DNA from: Octopus sinensis
Lineage: Eukaryota
Assembly (NCBI RefSeq): GCF_006345805.1
Contig: NC_043019.1
Location: 29,077,360 to 29,141,359, forward strand
Reading direction: 5' to 3'
DNA length: 64,000 nt
Shown: piece after piece, positions 1-12,239 of the stretch
How the letters are laid out: the number at the start of each line of letters is the position of its first letter
Numbering within the stretch: position 1 is the stretch's first letter
The notes under the pieces: model-generated
Database searches by the model: none
What the model saw: only the letters and a program-made list of their open reading frames with translations
Told to the model about the DNA's origin: nothing
Translations under genes and position numbers: made by a program

Positions 1-530
1 ATTATTATTAATAATAATAATAATGATAGTAATAATAATATCTATTATCAATACATTATCTATATATTTATTGGTTTTTACATCCATTTTAGATGATAGA
101 ACAGGTCAAATGGTGCTAAAACTTTCATATATACATTTTCAGGAATTGTTAGAGAAACCAACTTTACTGATTGGTTCTTTTAACAATAACTGTTGTCAAC
201 GGAATGGAAATTGGTAACTTTTGGATGGTAGTTAGGCAAAATGCATTGCTCAGTTTAACACTACCACCACAGCCAACACCACCACCAACTGGTACTTGGA
301 TGACTTTGGCATAAAGATAAGGAATCCTTTTTCACTAAGGGTAAAATTTTACCCACATTACTGATAAAATTCTTTAAAAATTCATGTTTTTTGTGTTGTA
401 TTTTACATGTTTTAGTCACTGGACAGTAGCTATGCACAGGGACATAAATGAACCAGGTCGTCAAGCAGTGGTGACAAAGACACACACATCTCACTCTGTC
501 TGTCTGTTTGTCTCTCTGAATGTCTGTCTG

Positions 531-563
<33 letters not shown>

Positions 564-564
<1 letters not shown>

Positions 565-931
565 CGGTTTAAGTAATTGAGATTCAAGTGAATTCTAATG
601 AATTCACATGAATATGGTCCTTAACTAGGATGCACCGGAAATCTATATGGTGTTAACCATACGACAAATGGGGTGATTACAAATAGGAAAAAAGCAACAA
701 GAATGGATTAAAATCTCGGTGCAATTGTTTCGTACGAGGACATCTTTAATAAGCTACAAAAAATGCAGTAAATACAGATGGCTCGTACTCGTCAGCCGAA
801 AAAACATCAGAGAATTCCCAAACATCAAAAGGGGTAGATACAAAAGAGGGTGTAAGATTAACTGCATTGAAGAAAGTTCGATTCCTGGAGATCCGATGAA
901 AGGTTTTAAACTTACAGAATTCGTGCATGTC
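564..931 (-). mobile_element. Penelope-like element (PLE) terminal fragment carrying a hammerhead motif
   Basis: Flanked on both sides by (TA)n; contains a minimal hammerhead fold with palindromic stem III, as known for PLE ends. Confidence 0.55.
714..801 (-). ncRNA. Type I hammerhead ribozyme-like motif (cleavage triplet GCA instead of GUH)
   Basis: Minus strand: TTTCGG-CTGACGA-GTACGAG...CTCGTAC-GAAA-CAATTG-C-A-CCGAGA; stem I 6 bp, stem II 7 bp plus extension. Confidence 0.7.
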
Positions 932-949
932 TATATATAGCTCATATTG

Positions 950-993
<44 letters not shown>

Positions 994-1510
994 CAGGATT
1001 CTTTCAGTTTCTATCTACTAAATCCAATCATAAGGCTTTAGTGAGCCCAGGGTTATAGCAGAGGACATTTGTTCAAGGTGCTGCACAGTGGGACTGAACC
1101 TGAAACCTTGTGACTGGGAAGCAAGCTTCTTACCACACAGCTATTCCTGTGCCTATATGATGAAAAAGAAAGAGCTGAGGCCACAAGACGAAACAATAAA
1201 TTATGTTACTTTTAACAATTTATAATTGTGCTTAAAGCATTAAAAGTATCTTATTAATTTATGCATTGTATCAATTTTAATTAACGTTGCTTCATGATTA
1301 CATAAATTCCAGTGAATCTGTACAATTAAAGACATCCATAATTTATCACAATACAAATATGACTCCAACATGATCTTTTACACAAGTAATTTGTTTCTGG
1401 TACTAAAACTGTTTCCAGCCCAAGCTCTATGCAGTCGCTCAACCTTTTAGAAATTCTTCTGTCTAAAACACAGAAAACAACGCTATAAATAAAATAGTCC
1501 TAGATACATT

Positions 1511-1902
1511 ACTCTTTTACTTGTTTCAGTCATTTTGACTGCGGCCATGCTGGAGCACCGCCTTTAATTGAGCAACTCGACCCCGGGACTTATTCTTTTG
1601 TAAGCCCAGTACTTATTCTAATGGTCTCTTTTGCCAAACCGCTAAGTAACGGGGACATAAACACACCAGCATCGGTTGTCAAGCAATGCTAGGAGGACAA
1701 ACACAGACACACAAACACACACATGCATATATATATATACATATATACGATGGGCTTCTTTCAGTTTCCGTCTACCAAATCCAATCACAAGGCTTTGGCC
1801 GGCCCGAGGCTATAGAAGACACTTGCCCAAGGTGCCACGCAGTGGGACTGAACCCGGAACCATGTGGTTGGTAAACAAGCTACTTACCACACAGCCACTC
1901 CT
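1511..1902 (-). mobile_element. Family A SINE, near full length, young
   Basis: tRNA-like head GGAGTGGCTGTGTGGTAAG...GGTTCAGTCCC, CORE-like ACCTTGGGCAAGTG, internal TA/TG tract, tail GAAACAAGTAAAAGAG; possible TSD GA(T/C)ACATT. Confidence 0.9.
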
Positions 1903-2116
1903 GACACATTGTGTCAGATAAAAAAAAAAAAAACAAACAACAACCTAAACAACTGCTTCCAAAGAACAGACCCCCAACCTTACTCTAGTGGATTCTACTC
2001 TGTGGCAAGCATTCATACTGGGTTTCTGATGTGAGGATATTATGATTTTCTTCTCTTTCTTCCTTCAGTCTCAGAGCCTTCAGAAAATGGTCATTGGGCA
2101 GTGCTCTTTCTCCTCT

Positions 2117-2310
2117 CATCATCATCATTTAAGCATCGTGCTTCATGCTTGCATGGGTTGGACAGTTTGTTAGGATTCGTTGGGTTCAAGGAGTGCATCA
2201 TGCTACACTGCTTACTTTGTAGAAAGGTATCTACAGCTGGATACCTTTCATAACACCAACTACTTTACAGTGTGTACTGAGTGCTTTTTTTGTTGCATCA
2301 GCTCTAGATG
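2117..2310 (-). mobile_element. Family D RTE-associated SINE/non-autonomous element, degenerate
   Basis: (ATC)n tail followed by CATGCTTGCATGGGTTGGAC...CTACAGCTGGAT motif shared with other D copies. Confidence 0.6.
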
Positions 2311-2757
2311 CAAGACCACAAACCCTGGGAGAGATGGTTTTATGCTATGAGATGAGGGGTTAAAGTATGAAAGAAGGGGTCAGAATAGAATAGGCTTCTT
2401 AGCTGTAGAGGAGCTACAGTGACACCTCACATTTTAGAAGAGAAGGTGAAAGTGATTAGCTGAAGTTGTAAAGAAATATAAATAGGGATGATGAAGTGTA
2501 TGAGTTAACCCTAAATGTTCAAAACGAGCTAAAGGGGTTGGGGACTGAGGAACCAAGAATATAATATAGGTGGACGGAGGTTGCAAGAGTGTATAGGGTG
2601 GTGAGAGATGGGGAATTGGTGAAGAGAGGGGAGATAAGCGAGGGGTTCAAGGGAGGATTTAGTGAATGGTGGATAAGGAGCGAACAAATAAAAATAGAAA
2701 ATGTTTTTATTGGGACAGTGAGGTAGATAAATCACTGTGCCTTGCTTGAAGACTTAA

Positions 2758-2979
2758 CCCTTTGACATGTAAACTGGTCATATTCAGCCCATACATTCTA
2801 CCTGTTTTATGTGCAAACTAGCCAGATCCAGTCTTTCACACCTTCCCTACAAAGTCATTCTAAAACTAAGCAATCAGAGCATTGAAATCTCGAAACTATG
2901 AAATTAATGCATGATGTTTAATTCAAAACAATGTGAATAAATAAGCATTATATTTGGGAGTAATCTGATTGCTAAAGGG
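2758..2979. mobile_element. piggyBac-like TTAA MITE (family F)
   Basis: TTAA-CCCTTT...GCTAAAGGG ends; internal sequence shared with the copies at 17134, 37980, 43705 and 47233. Confidence 0.75.
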
Positions 2980-4582
2980 TCAGGGATCTTTTGAATCCCT
3001 AAACACAAATGTTTTGGTTCTTGTTGCCAGCTCGGAAGGCATCTGTTGATGGTCTATGTTCCACAGAGAGATGGAGTAGGAAGAGGAAGCGAAAAGCATA
3101 AAAAAGAAAGAACACTATCACAAGAAATTAGAAACAAAGAATATAAAAATCTATTTACTACAGGACAGTGGTGACAACTAAAACAATATGTAGTCTTGTA
3201 TGTAATCTCTGCTTCATTTCATCACAAGACAGTAGAGAAATGGCACATAGGATATAGTTAATTGAATGGACTTCTTAGAATCAGGAAATATCTATCAGCC
3301 GATTTAAAATGTTTCAAAGATTTGGATTTTATCTTTTAATTGATTCGGCAAGGAAACTTTCTATATTTAATAATGACAACTTGGAAAGTAAACTAGATGT
3401 AATCAGGTAAGCAATATAAATGGAAATTTAGGATATCGTTAATAGAGAGAAAGTTTCCTACAATTTAATACGAAATGTAATGCAGTATAGCATTAGTAAT
3501 ATAAAATCAAGAATGTTGCCATTTCAGAAGACAATAAAAGTTATAAAATTTATCACTTAATAGTTAGTATAAGTACACAAAGGCATAGCTGTGTGGCAAG
3601 AAGTTTGCTTTCTAACAACATGGTCTTGGGTTCAGTCCCACTGCATGGCACCTGGCATAAGTGTCTTCTATTATAGCCTTGTGAGTGGATTTGTTGGATG
3701 AAACCCAAAAGAAACCTATTGTGTGTGTAAAAATACAAACATTCTATAATTATGAGCATAATTATAATTAGGGTTCAGACAAATTTGCTTCAGCACATAT
3801 CGACATTTAGAAATAGCAGTTAAAATACTATTTTACTACCATAAGATATCTTCCAGATAGCAATACTCTACAACTCATGCAGGTAAAGAGAAAAAGAAAT
3901 AACGAATCCACCCGGCTTTGATTAACTATATACGTGTTTTGGGGTTAAAGGGATATTAAAAATATATATGATTTTTATTAAAACTGAAGTTGAGAGTTTG
4001 TCCCGCAATTCTAGTTTCAGGCCACTGCGAGTAAAAGATAGAATATATGTTGGGACAGGCACAGCAGCTTGGTTAAGAGGTTTTCACTTCAAAACTTCAT
4101 GGTTTTAGGTTCAATCTTGCTGTGGCACAGCACTTTGAGAAAATGTCTTTTACAATTTGCACTTTACAGTACATATACACTCTATACAGAAAGATAGATA
4201 GACAGACAGATATATACACTTACACTTACTTTTCCTACTTAAAGAGAAACTAGCCTTTTAGCACAACTCATCTTGATTCGTTTCTTTTGTAATTATAAAA
4301 ATTATAATGGTAGCCAAAGGCAAAATATTTCAGGAATAAACAAGTTTAGAGATGTGTTGCTACTCTATATCTTAATTTGTTTTGTATGGCTGTCTGCGGT
4401 GTATTCACTGTGTATGTACAAAGCTACTGCAAGAATCTGATTTCCAAAAAAATTTTTTTTTTAATATTTCACAATCACTGATAAAAATATTGCAACAATA
4501 GTTGGCAGAATAAACTAAGAGAAAGTCAAGTTTTTTTTGTTCTTAGAAAGTAAGACAGGAAATATTGTGTAGCTAAAAGCCA

Positions 4583-4885
4583 GTATGTACATAGGATTGA
4601 ATCTGCATATAGCATCATTATTATAGTGTCTGGATACACAGAGTCAATGTATAGTGTCTGATTTTAGTGCCTGCATATAGAATTAGCTTGTATATAGAGT
4701 AGGCATATTGAGTCTGCATGGAGAGTATTCATATAGCATCAGCATATAGTGTTTCCATATCATGTTAGCATAGTGTCTGGATACTAGACTGCACATAGTA
4801 TTTGCACATAGCTTCTGCTCATAGAATGTGGATATTGAATTAGGAAATAGAATATGTATATAGAACAGCAAACAGTGTCTGTAGG
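4583..4885. repeat. Degenerate ~13-bp minisatellite (ATAGTGTCTGCAT-like)
   Basis: Recurrent ATAG(T/C)(G/A)TCTG(C/G)AT units. Confidence 0.55.
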
Positions 4886-5262
4886 CAAGGCTGTGTGGTA
4901 AGAAGTTTTCTTCCAAACTACATGGTTGTCAACTTAGTCCCACTGCATGGCACCTTGAGCAAGTATCTTCTACTATAGCCTCAGGACAAACAAAGCCTAG
5001 TAAGTGAATTTAGTAGACAGAAACTGAAAGAAGCTTGTTGTGTGGGTGTGTATGAGTTGTATATGTGTTTGCCCCCAATTCTGCTTGACAACTAGTGTCA
5101 GTGTGTTTACATCAGTGTAACTTAGTTTGGCAAAAGAGACTGATAAAGTACCAAGTTTAAAGAAAAAAAAGTACTACTGAGGTTGATTCATTTGACTAAA
5201 ATTCTTCAAGGCAGTGCCCCAGCATGGCCACAGTCTTATGACTGAAACAGGTAAAGATAAAA
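4880..5262 (+). mobile_element. Family A SINE, diverged
   Basis: Head, CORE-like segment and tail all recognisable. Confidence 0.8.
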
Positions 5263-5539
5263 AATGTATGTATGTGTATACACATGTATACATATATAAA
5301 AGATGGTGAAGTGTTGGGGGGTTATTTGAGGTTTTGGGTGCTATTTCTAGAAGGGTGAAAAAACTATGTAGAGGTTACCTCATTATCTTGTGTTTTTGAT
5401 GATTGATTAAATAATAATAGTTACAGGTATTTTTAGGCTTTTACTTGTTTTAGTCATTAGATTATCACCATTCTGGAACACAGGCTTCATGGGAGTTTTT
5501 TTAACTGATTATATAATCAATCCAAATCATTTTCAGCGT

Positions 5540-5800
5540 AGAAGGTGTTTATAAACCATTTAAAAACACACAAAAACCATTAGATTCATTTCAGCATTTA
5601 AATTTAATTTGGCAAAATATTTTCGCCGCTTTGAAACCTCGACTTGTTCACTAACAAAATTTCATGCAGCACGGAATTTTGTCAGTGAACAAACAGGTCA
5701 AGGTTTCAAAGCGGAGAAAATATTTTGACAAATTAAATTTAAATGTTGAAGTGAATCTAATGGTTTTTGCGTGTTTTTAAATGGCTTATAAATACTTTCT
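5540..5800. repeat. ~260-bp foldback (palindromic) element
   Basis: Left arm AGAAGGTGTTTATAAACCATTTAAAAACAC... is the reverse complement of the right arm, centred near 5668. Confidence 0.85.
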
Positions 5801-6499
5801 CAGTTAGCAATTGTTTTTGTTTCAGCACACAGTCTCAGATCAGGTCACTTGCTATGCAAATACATCTCCGTAATACCAAGTCATTTTGTTTGGTGTATAT
5901 TTTATTGACCCCGCTCCCAAGATGAAAGTTGACTGACTGGAGTGAGGTCTGAACTCTGAAATCAGAATGTAAAATGACTTTACCAAATATCATGATATAT
6001 TTTAATTGATGCTCTACTGATTCTGCCAAGCCATGCTGATATTCATAGATCTACTATTAACCTTACATTTTATGTCAAGTTTTCTGCACTAACATAGGTT
6101 AGCTTGATGGCATGCAAAATTATGCATGCATATACACACGCACAGACACAAGTTCATCTCTTGGAGTGACACAGTCATCCTTAAAGATGACTGATGGCTT
6201 GGGCAGTGAATTTGTTTAAATGGAGAAGAATTGTGCCCTGTCAACCTCCCCCCTCTCATATCTTTATCCATTTCAATCCAGTAGCAGGATCAGGTCAAGA
6301 CAAATGGAGACGTAGACAGACGCAGTGGATGACCAACATATCTCACTTGCTTAATCTTACTCTCTGCACTCCACAATGCTTTACTGCAGCTGCCTTCCTC
6401 TCCATTGAACCATGATGGTTTCTTCCGCAGAGTCTGCAGGATCAAGTCTTCACCAGCATATGTACACACACACACACAAAATGCCTCCACAGACTTCCC

Positions 6500-6729
6500 T
6501 ATTTCTTTACTACCCACAAGGGGCAAAACACAGAGAGGACAAACAAGGACAGACAAAGGGAATAAGTCGATTACATCAACCCCAGTGTGTAACTGGTACT
6601 TAATTTATCGACCCCGAAAGGATGAAAGGCAAAGTTGACCTCGGCGGAATTTGAACTCAGAACGTAACAGTAAACGAAATACCGCTAAGAATTTCGCCCG
6701 GTGTGCTAACCATTCTGCCAGATCGCCGC
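6500..6729 (-). mobile_element. Family B SINE (Meta-domain-like), full length with 16-bp TSD
   Basis: TSD CCTCCACAGACTTCCC at 6484-6499 and 6730-6745; core GAGGTCAACTTTGCCTTTCATCCTTTCGGGGTCGATAAA resembles the MetaSINE/Sauria-SINE domain. Confidence 0.9.
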
Positions 6730-7274
6730 CCTCCACAGACTTCCCACCAACCATATGTCACTCATGACACACAGTTCAAATCATAGTTGTGAAAGAAGAC
6801 ATTTGTCCAATTGTCGCACTGGAGAATTGAACTCAGAGCCGCACGATTATGAAGCAAACTACTTTACCCCCATGACCATGGCTGCACCTGCAATCTGTCT
6901 GTCTCTGACTAATTTACTAACAGCATGGGGGTGTGGGTGTGGAGGTGGTCAGGGTCTAGTGATTGCAGAATTGCAACAATAACAATCTCATTATTTCAGT
7001 ATGCAATTTTTCCATAGGCACTGTTTATCATATTGCACAAACACACACACACACATGCACACACGCACATGCACACACACACACAGAGTCTAGGAGAATG
7101 GCCAATACTAATCCAGGAATCTTAAAGTCTGCCACCTCGCACGTCCATCAATTTCTCCTCTGCTCTGACCCCACTTTCATTAAAAGACATAATGAAAATT
7201 ACAGAGTATGTTTGTATTGGCTTGTGGTATGTGATTTGTCATGCGTTTGTCACTGTGTGTGTGTATGTGCATGT

Positions 7275-7317
<43 letters not shown>

Positions 7318-7946
7318 TACATATGTGTATGTGATTGTGGATCAATGAAAGCTTAATAGTATAACAGCAATATATTTGGATGTTACCCAGACGCTTGTAC
7401 ACATTTTTTTCACCCAGCCCTCACTATCGATATAATGTTTCATTTTGATTTGACACACACACAGAAGTGTGTGCACGTGTGTGTATGACCATGTGCTGTA
7501 TTTATGTGTGTGTGTGTGTTAGAGAGAGAGAGAGAAAGAGTAGGCTGGAGAGAAGTATCAATACAGGATATTGAATTTATGGAAATATATTAAAGAGTTT
7601 CCTCCATGCAAACAGAATGTGGAATGTGTATTATGATTACAGCAATGATAGATTTGTCTGAGATATGTCCTTCATCAATAACAGTAAAACATTTTAACAA
7701 AGAACTTCTACATGTGTCATAGATACTCATTCATCAGACATAACAATGCACACATATAAATATATAGATGCACACACACACACACACATATCAAACACAA
7801 CAATACACACACACATACATACATACATACAATGAAGCTACCATTTTTTTTTTGTTATAAAGTTCTGTCTGATAGAATTAAGAGAAAAATTTCTGGACAG
7901 TACAAACATACACGTCTAGATACATACATACATACAAAGATATATA

Positions 7947-7985
<39 letters not shown>

Positions 7986-8024
7986 TGTATATGCACAAGT
8001 ACACATATAAACAAATATGTGCAC

Positions 8025-8340
8025 ATCATCTTCATCACTTAACGCCCACCTTCCATGCTGGCATGGGTTGGATGGTTTGACAGGAACTGGCCAGGCAGAA
8101 GACTGCACCAGACTTCTGTGTCTGTTTTGGCGTGGTTTTTACGGCTGGATGCCCTTCCTAACACCAACCACCCAGCAGAGTGGACTGAGTTCTTTTTAAT
8201 GTGGCACAAGCACAGGCTAGGTCAGTTTTGGCATGGTCTTCCAAACACCAACCACTTTACAGTGTGGACTGGATGCTTTTTATGTGGCACCAGCACTTGC
8301 AGGGTCACCATGTAATTTGCAAGATGCTTTGAGAGGGGGA
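8025..8340 (-). mobile_element. Family D element
   Basis: CATCATC...TTAACGCCC..TTCCATGCTGGCATGGGTTGG and GGCTGGATGCCCTTCCTAACACCAACC motifs. Confidence 0.8.
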
Positions 8341-8973
8341 GGAGGAATTGGAGGAGGTGATCTTGTGCACATGTATGCGTATATATACATATATGACGAA
8401 TGAGCAAAGGCAAGAAACATGATAGGGACAAATTTTAACAAAGTTGTTATTAGAATTTGTCCCTATCATTTGGTATTTAAGGGAATAAAACAGGCACAAG
8501 TATATTAGGCATACTCCAATTTCACGAAGAGTGATATTTTTGAAACCTTTCTTGCGGGGTGGGGTGGGGGCAGAGTTATCAAATACAATATATATCTTCT
8601 CCTTGGCTTTGCTTCATAAGCAAAGATTTCTGAAGGGGAAAGTGGGGTGGGGGACAACACTTCAATTGAACTCGTCAGGTTTGCTGATGCAGGATGAGCC
8701 AATTAAAGGCAGACAGGTACAACTACAGAGACTGCATGGGAAGGTAGGCTGGACAGGGGTGGGCAAAGTGTCCTTTTTCTCTTATCTACAAGGATGGTCC
8801 TACAGATGTCTTCAAAGGGGGTCACTGCCCAGAAGACAACGAAACATCAGACTTCACAGTCAGAGGCAAAAACACAAATATAAATGTGTATGTGTGTGTA
8901 TATACATACACACATATATCTGAATACACACACACACACACATACATTCTTGTACAATAGGTACATTGTATAA

Positions 8974-9168
8974 ATGTTTCCGAAAGTCATGGGAGCTGTG
9001 CTGTTTTCTGACTTTGTAAACATGTCCACGAGTGTTAGACAGGTGGAGTTTGAAAAGGCGCTCAGAGTTATTGTTTGTAAGATGGTTAATAATTTTATGG
9101 ATGTCTGCCAAGTCAGCTGCCAGACGTCAGAGTTTCAATGTATCCATGCCCAGGGAAGTAAGGCGTTC
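8974..9168 (-). mobile_element. CR1/L2-group LINE ORF2 C-terminal remnant
   Basis: Translates ERLTSLGMDTLKL*RLAADLADIHKIINH...LFKLHLSNTRGHVYKV, typical of CR1 ORF2 ends; in-frame stop. Confidence 0.75.
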
Positions 9169-9169
9169 A

Positions 9170-9320
9170 AAATATATAGCAGAATTTATAGCACTGATGA
9201 CAATGGTTTATTCGAAAACAGTGATACCAGCAGTAATGATGATGAGCTTGTAGGATTTGATGATAAAGAATCCTCCAATTTTGAAGAAGCTTCAAAGTTT
9301 TTGTTGAAGAACACTTATGC
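9170..9320 (+). mobile_element. Possible pogo/Tigger transposase acidic C-terminal remnant
   Basis: STDDNGLFENSDTSSNDDELVGFDDKE resembles the acidic tails of pogo-like transposases. Confidence 0.35.
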
Positions 9321-9550
9321 TCCCCATCGTCCACCATTCCTTACTGTATTTTTGTTTATGTTCAACTTGCTTTTTATAAAAAAAGTTTCCTGCTTTGTTT
9401 TCTTTTGCAATATTATATTTATTACTTTATTACTGCAGGCTTTTCATGTACGATGTTTTAATTATGAATGACCTGTTCATATGTTGTGATTTCCTGCTTA
9501 TATTCAACTGTACTGGTAGCTTACTATATATATAGTATACTGTGTGTGTG

Positions 9551-9601
<51 letters not shown>

Positions 9602-9705
9602 AGCTACCAATATTTTTTTTTTGATTTTTGTTTTTGCTGAAGCCTTGTCTGGAAAGTGAATATATATACATATATATACAAATATATACACACACATAGA
9701 CATGC

Positions 9706-9740
<35 letters not shown>

Positions 9741-9793
9741 AACACATATGAACACAAATAGATACATGTATACACACACACAGTTATCAATAT

Positions 9794-9842
<49 letters not shown>

Positions 9843-10139
9843 CACACACATATATATATATATGTATGTATGCCAATGTTTTCTGCTGTATCTAAGTTGC
9901 TTTTGTTTTCTCTTGCAATGTTTTATTACTGTAGGCTGTTCATGTAGAATATTTTAACTATTGTAATTTCCTGTTTCATACATTCAACTTCTGTACTGGT
10001 GGTTTGCTTTTTATGTAAGCAACTTCTTTTTTTTTTCTTTCTCTTTTAAGTTACATTGTTATTATTCAAATGGTTTTACCTGCTGTCCCAGCCACACCTT
10101 TGGTTCAATCTTTTTTTTTCTTACTATACATATTTCAAT

Positions 10140-10315
10140 AAAGATTATATGCAGAATGGGATGCCAGTCCATTGCAGAGTTACACATTGCAGAAGTAGGG
10201 CAACATGAAATTAAGTATTTTGCTCAAAAACAGAATGCACTGCCAGTCTGGGAATTGAAATCATGATCTGGTGATCATAAATGCAATACCCAAACCACTA
10301 GGCCATGCACCTTCC
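10140..10315 (-). mobile_element. Family C SINE, degenerate
   Basis: Matches the reverse complement of the family C head and core (TTTTGCTCAA...AACCACTAGGCCATGC). Confidence 0.6.
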
Positions 10316-10354
10316 ACTGTCTTTCTCCTTCTCTTTCATCAACTTTTCCTTTTC

Positions 10355-10588
10355 TTTTTTTACTTGTTTCATTCATTTGACAGTGGTCATGCTGGAGCAC
10401 TGCCTTGAAGGGTTTTTAGTTGAACAAATTGACTCCAAGATTTATTTATTATTTTTTTTTAAATCTTAGTACTTATCTTATTGGTCTTTTGTGCTGAACC
10501 GTTAAGTTACAGGGGACGTACACACACCACCACCAGTTGTCAAGCAGTTGTGGAGAGGCAGGGTACAAACACAGACACCAAAACACAC

Positions 10589-10638
<50 letters not shown>

Positions 10639-10800
10639 ACAGGCTTCTTTCAGTCTCAGTGTAACAAATCCACTCACAAGGCTTTGGTCAACCTGAGGTT
10701 ATAAAATACACTTGCCCAAGGTGCCACGCAGTGGGACCGAATCAGGAACTATGTGGCTAGGAAGGAAACTTTTTACCACAGCCACCCACGCCTGTGCCTA
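10355..10800 (-). mobile_element. Family A SINE
   Basis: Full head-to-tail similarity to 1511-1902. Confidence 0.85.
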
Positions 10801-10959
10801 TGTGTATATTTTTTGTTTTTTGTTTATATTGTCGAGGGACTGGGACTTGTGGCGATTTGTTGTACGTGAGAAAACACATCAAGCTAAATAAAATCAGTCA
10901 TACATACATACATACATACATACAGGCATGTCATTTATGGCTTACTCCCCTAGCTGAGA

Positions 10960-11172
10960 CGTGTTTATCTTGCAGGTGCTGGTGCCAAGTAAAAAGCATC
11001 TAGCACACTCTATAAAGTGGTTGGCATTAGAAAGGGCATCCAGTCATAGAAACCATGGCAAAGCAGACAATTGGAATCTGGGCAACTCTTCCCCAGGTCA
11101 ACTCCTGTCAAACTGACCAAACCAAGCTTGCATGGAAAACGGTCATTAAACAATGGTGATGATGATGATGAC
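10960..11172 (+). mobile_element. Family D element
   Basis: GTGGTTGGCATTAGAAAGGGCATCCAG...GCATGGAAAACGG..TTAAAC(GAT)n. Confidence 0.75.
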
Positions 11173-12097
11173 GTGTTGTCCAAACAATGCCAGCATGGGT
11201 TGCATGGCTTAAGAGATCAGACTGTGCTGGTTATGGATCTGTGAGGAACACAGAGGGTGTTAGTTAGGTAAAGAAGTGGCAAGCCAATCTAAGTCGAAAG
11301 AAGCTGAAACTGTAGGAAAAGACAAGGTCACAGAAAATATAAGGGGAAGTGGGGAAGACTAATCTCGGTAATGAACTTTATAGTGAAATGCCGTGCCAGA
11401 GAAGACACATCCCACCCAAGACAAGCATAGAAAAAAAATGGTTAAAATTATGGTGATCTACTATCTACCTGTGTGTGTGTGTGTGTGTGTGGTGGGGTGA
11501 ATATATAATCATTTCCAATCAGTAGCGTTGCTCTATTGCTCATGTATGTATAATTAGTGTATAGCACTTTTCTTCAGATACATCATCATTATGCACTCCT
11601 CCTCCTACACACCTTCTTCACACCACTGAGTGCTGGTGGTAGTGGTAATGGTGGTGGTTGTAGGTGAGGTGCTAAGTCAGCTGATATGATATTTGAAATA
11701 AAAAATAGATATAAACATATTTTCTAATGAGAGACGGAGAGAGAAAGGGAGGGATGTGGGGGGATGAAATATGGTAAGGAGAGAGTGGAGGGGAAAGAAA
11801 GAGAAGAAAAAATAAAGAGATAAAGAGCTGTCTGAGAGAGAATGTGGACAGTGATTGTAATTATATATACACACACACACAAACATATAGATCTATACAC
11901 ATACATACATATATATATATACACACACACACACATTTATAGATACATTAATATATATGTGTATATATATATCATCATCATCATCATCGTTTAACGTCCG
12001 CTTTCCGTTAAATGATGATGATGATGATATATATATACACATATATACATATATGTTAATGTATCTATAAATGTGTGTGTGTATATATATATATATG

Positions 12098-12141
<44 letters not shown>

Positions 12142-12191
12142 TACATTTACATATATGTGTGTGTGTATATATATATATACATACATACATT

Positions 12192-12239
<48 letters not shown>

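Larger units (their letters stand above)
400..1155 (-). mobile_element. Family A tRNA-derived SINE, interrupted in its internal (TA)n tract by a Penelope-like fragment
   Basis: Tail at ~400-530 and head at ~991-1155 match the family A copy at 1511-1902; 564-931 is unrelated sequence. Confidence 0.75.

Noticed and set aside
143-213. Possible plus-strand exon after ATTTTCAG
   Set aside because: Weak donor, no recognisable peptide, no partner exons
1676-1921. Recurring ORF ...ASFSFRLPNPLTRLW...RRHLPKVPRSGTEPGTMW seen many times in the window
   Set aside because: Antisense translation of SINE family A, not a gene family
8974-9471. 165-aa plus-strand ORF
   Set aside because: Chimera of an antisense CR1 fragment, a probable transposase tail and AT-rich sequence
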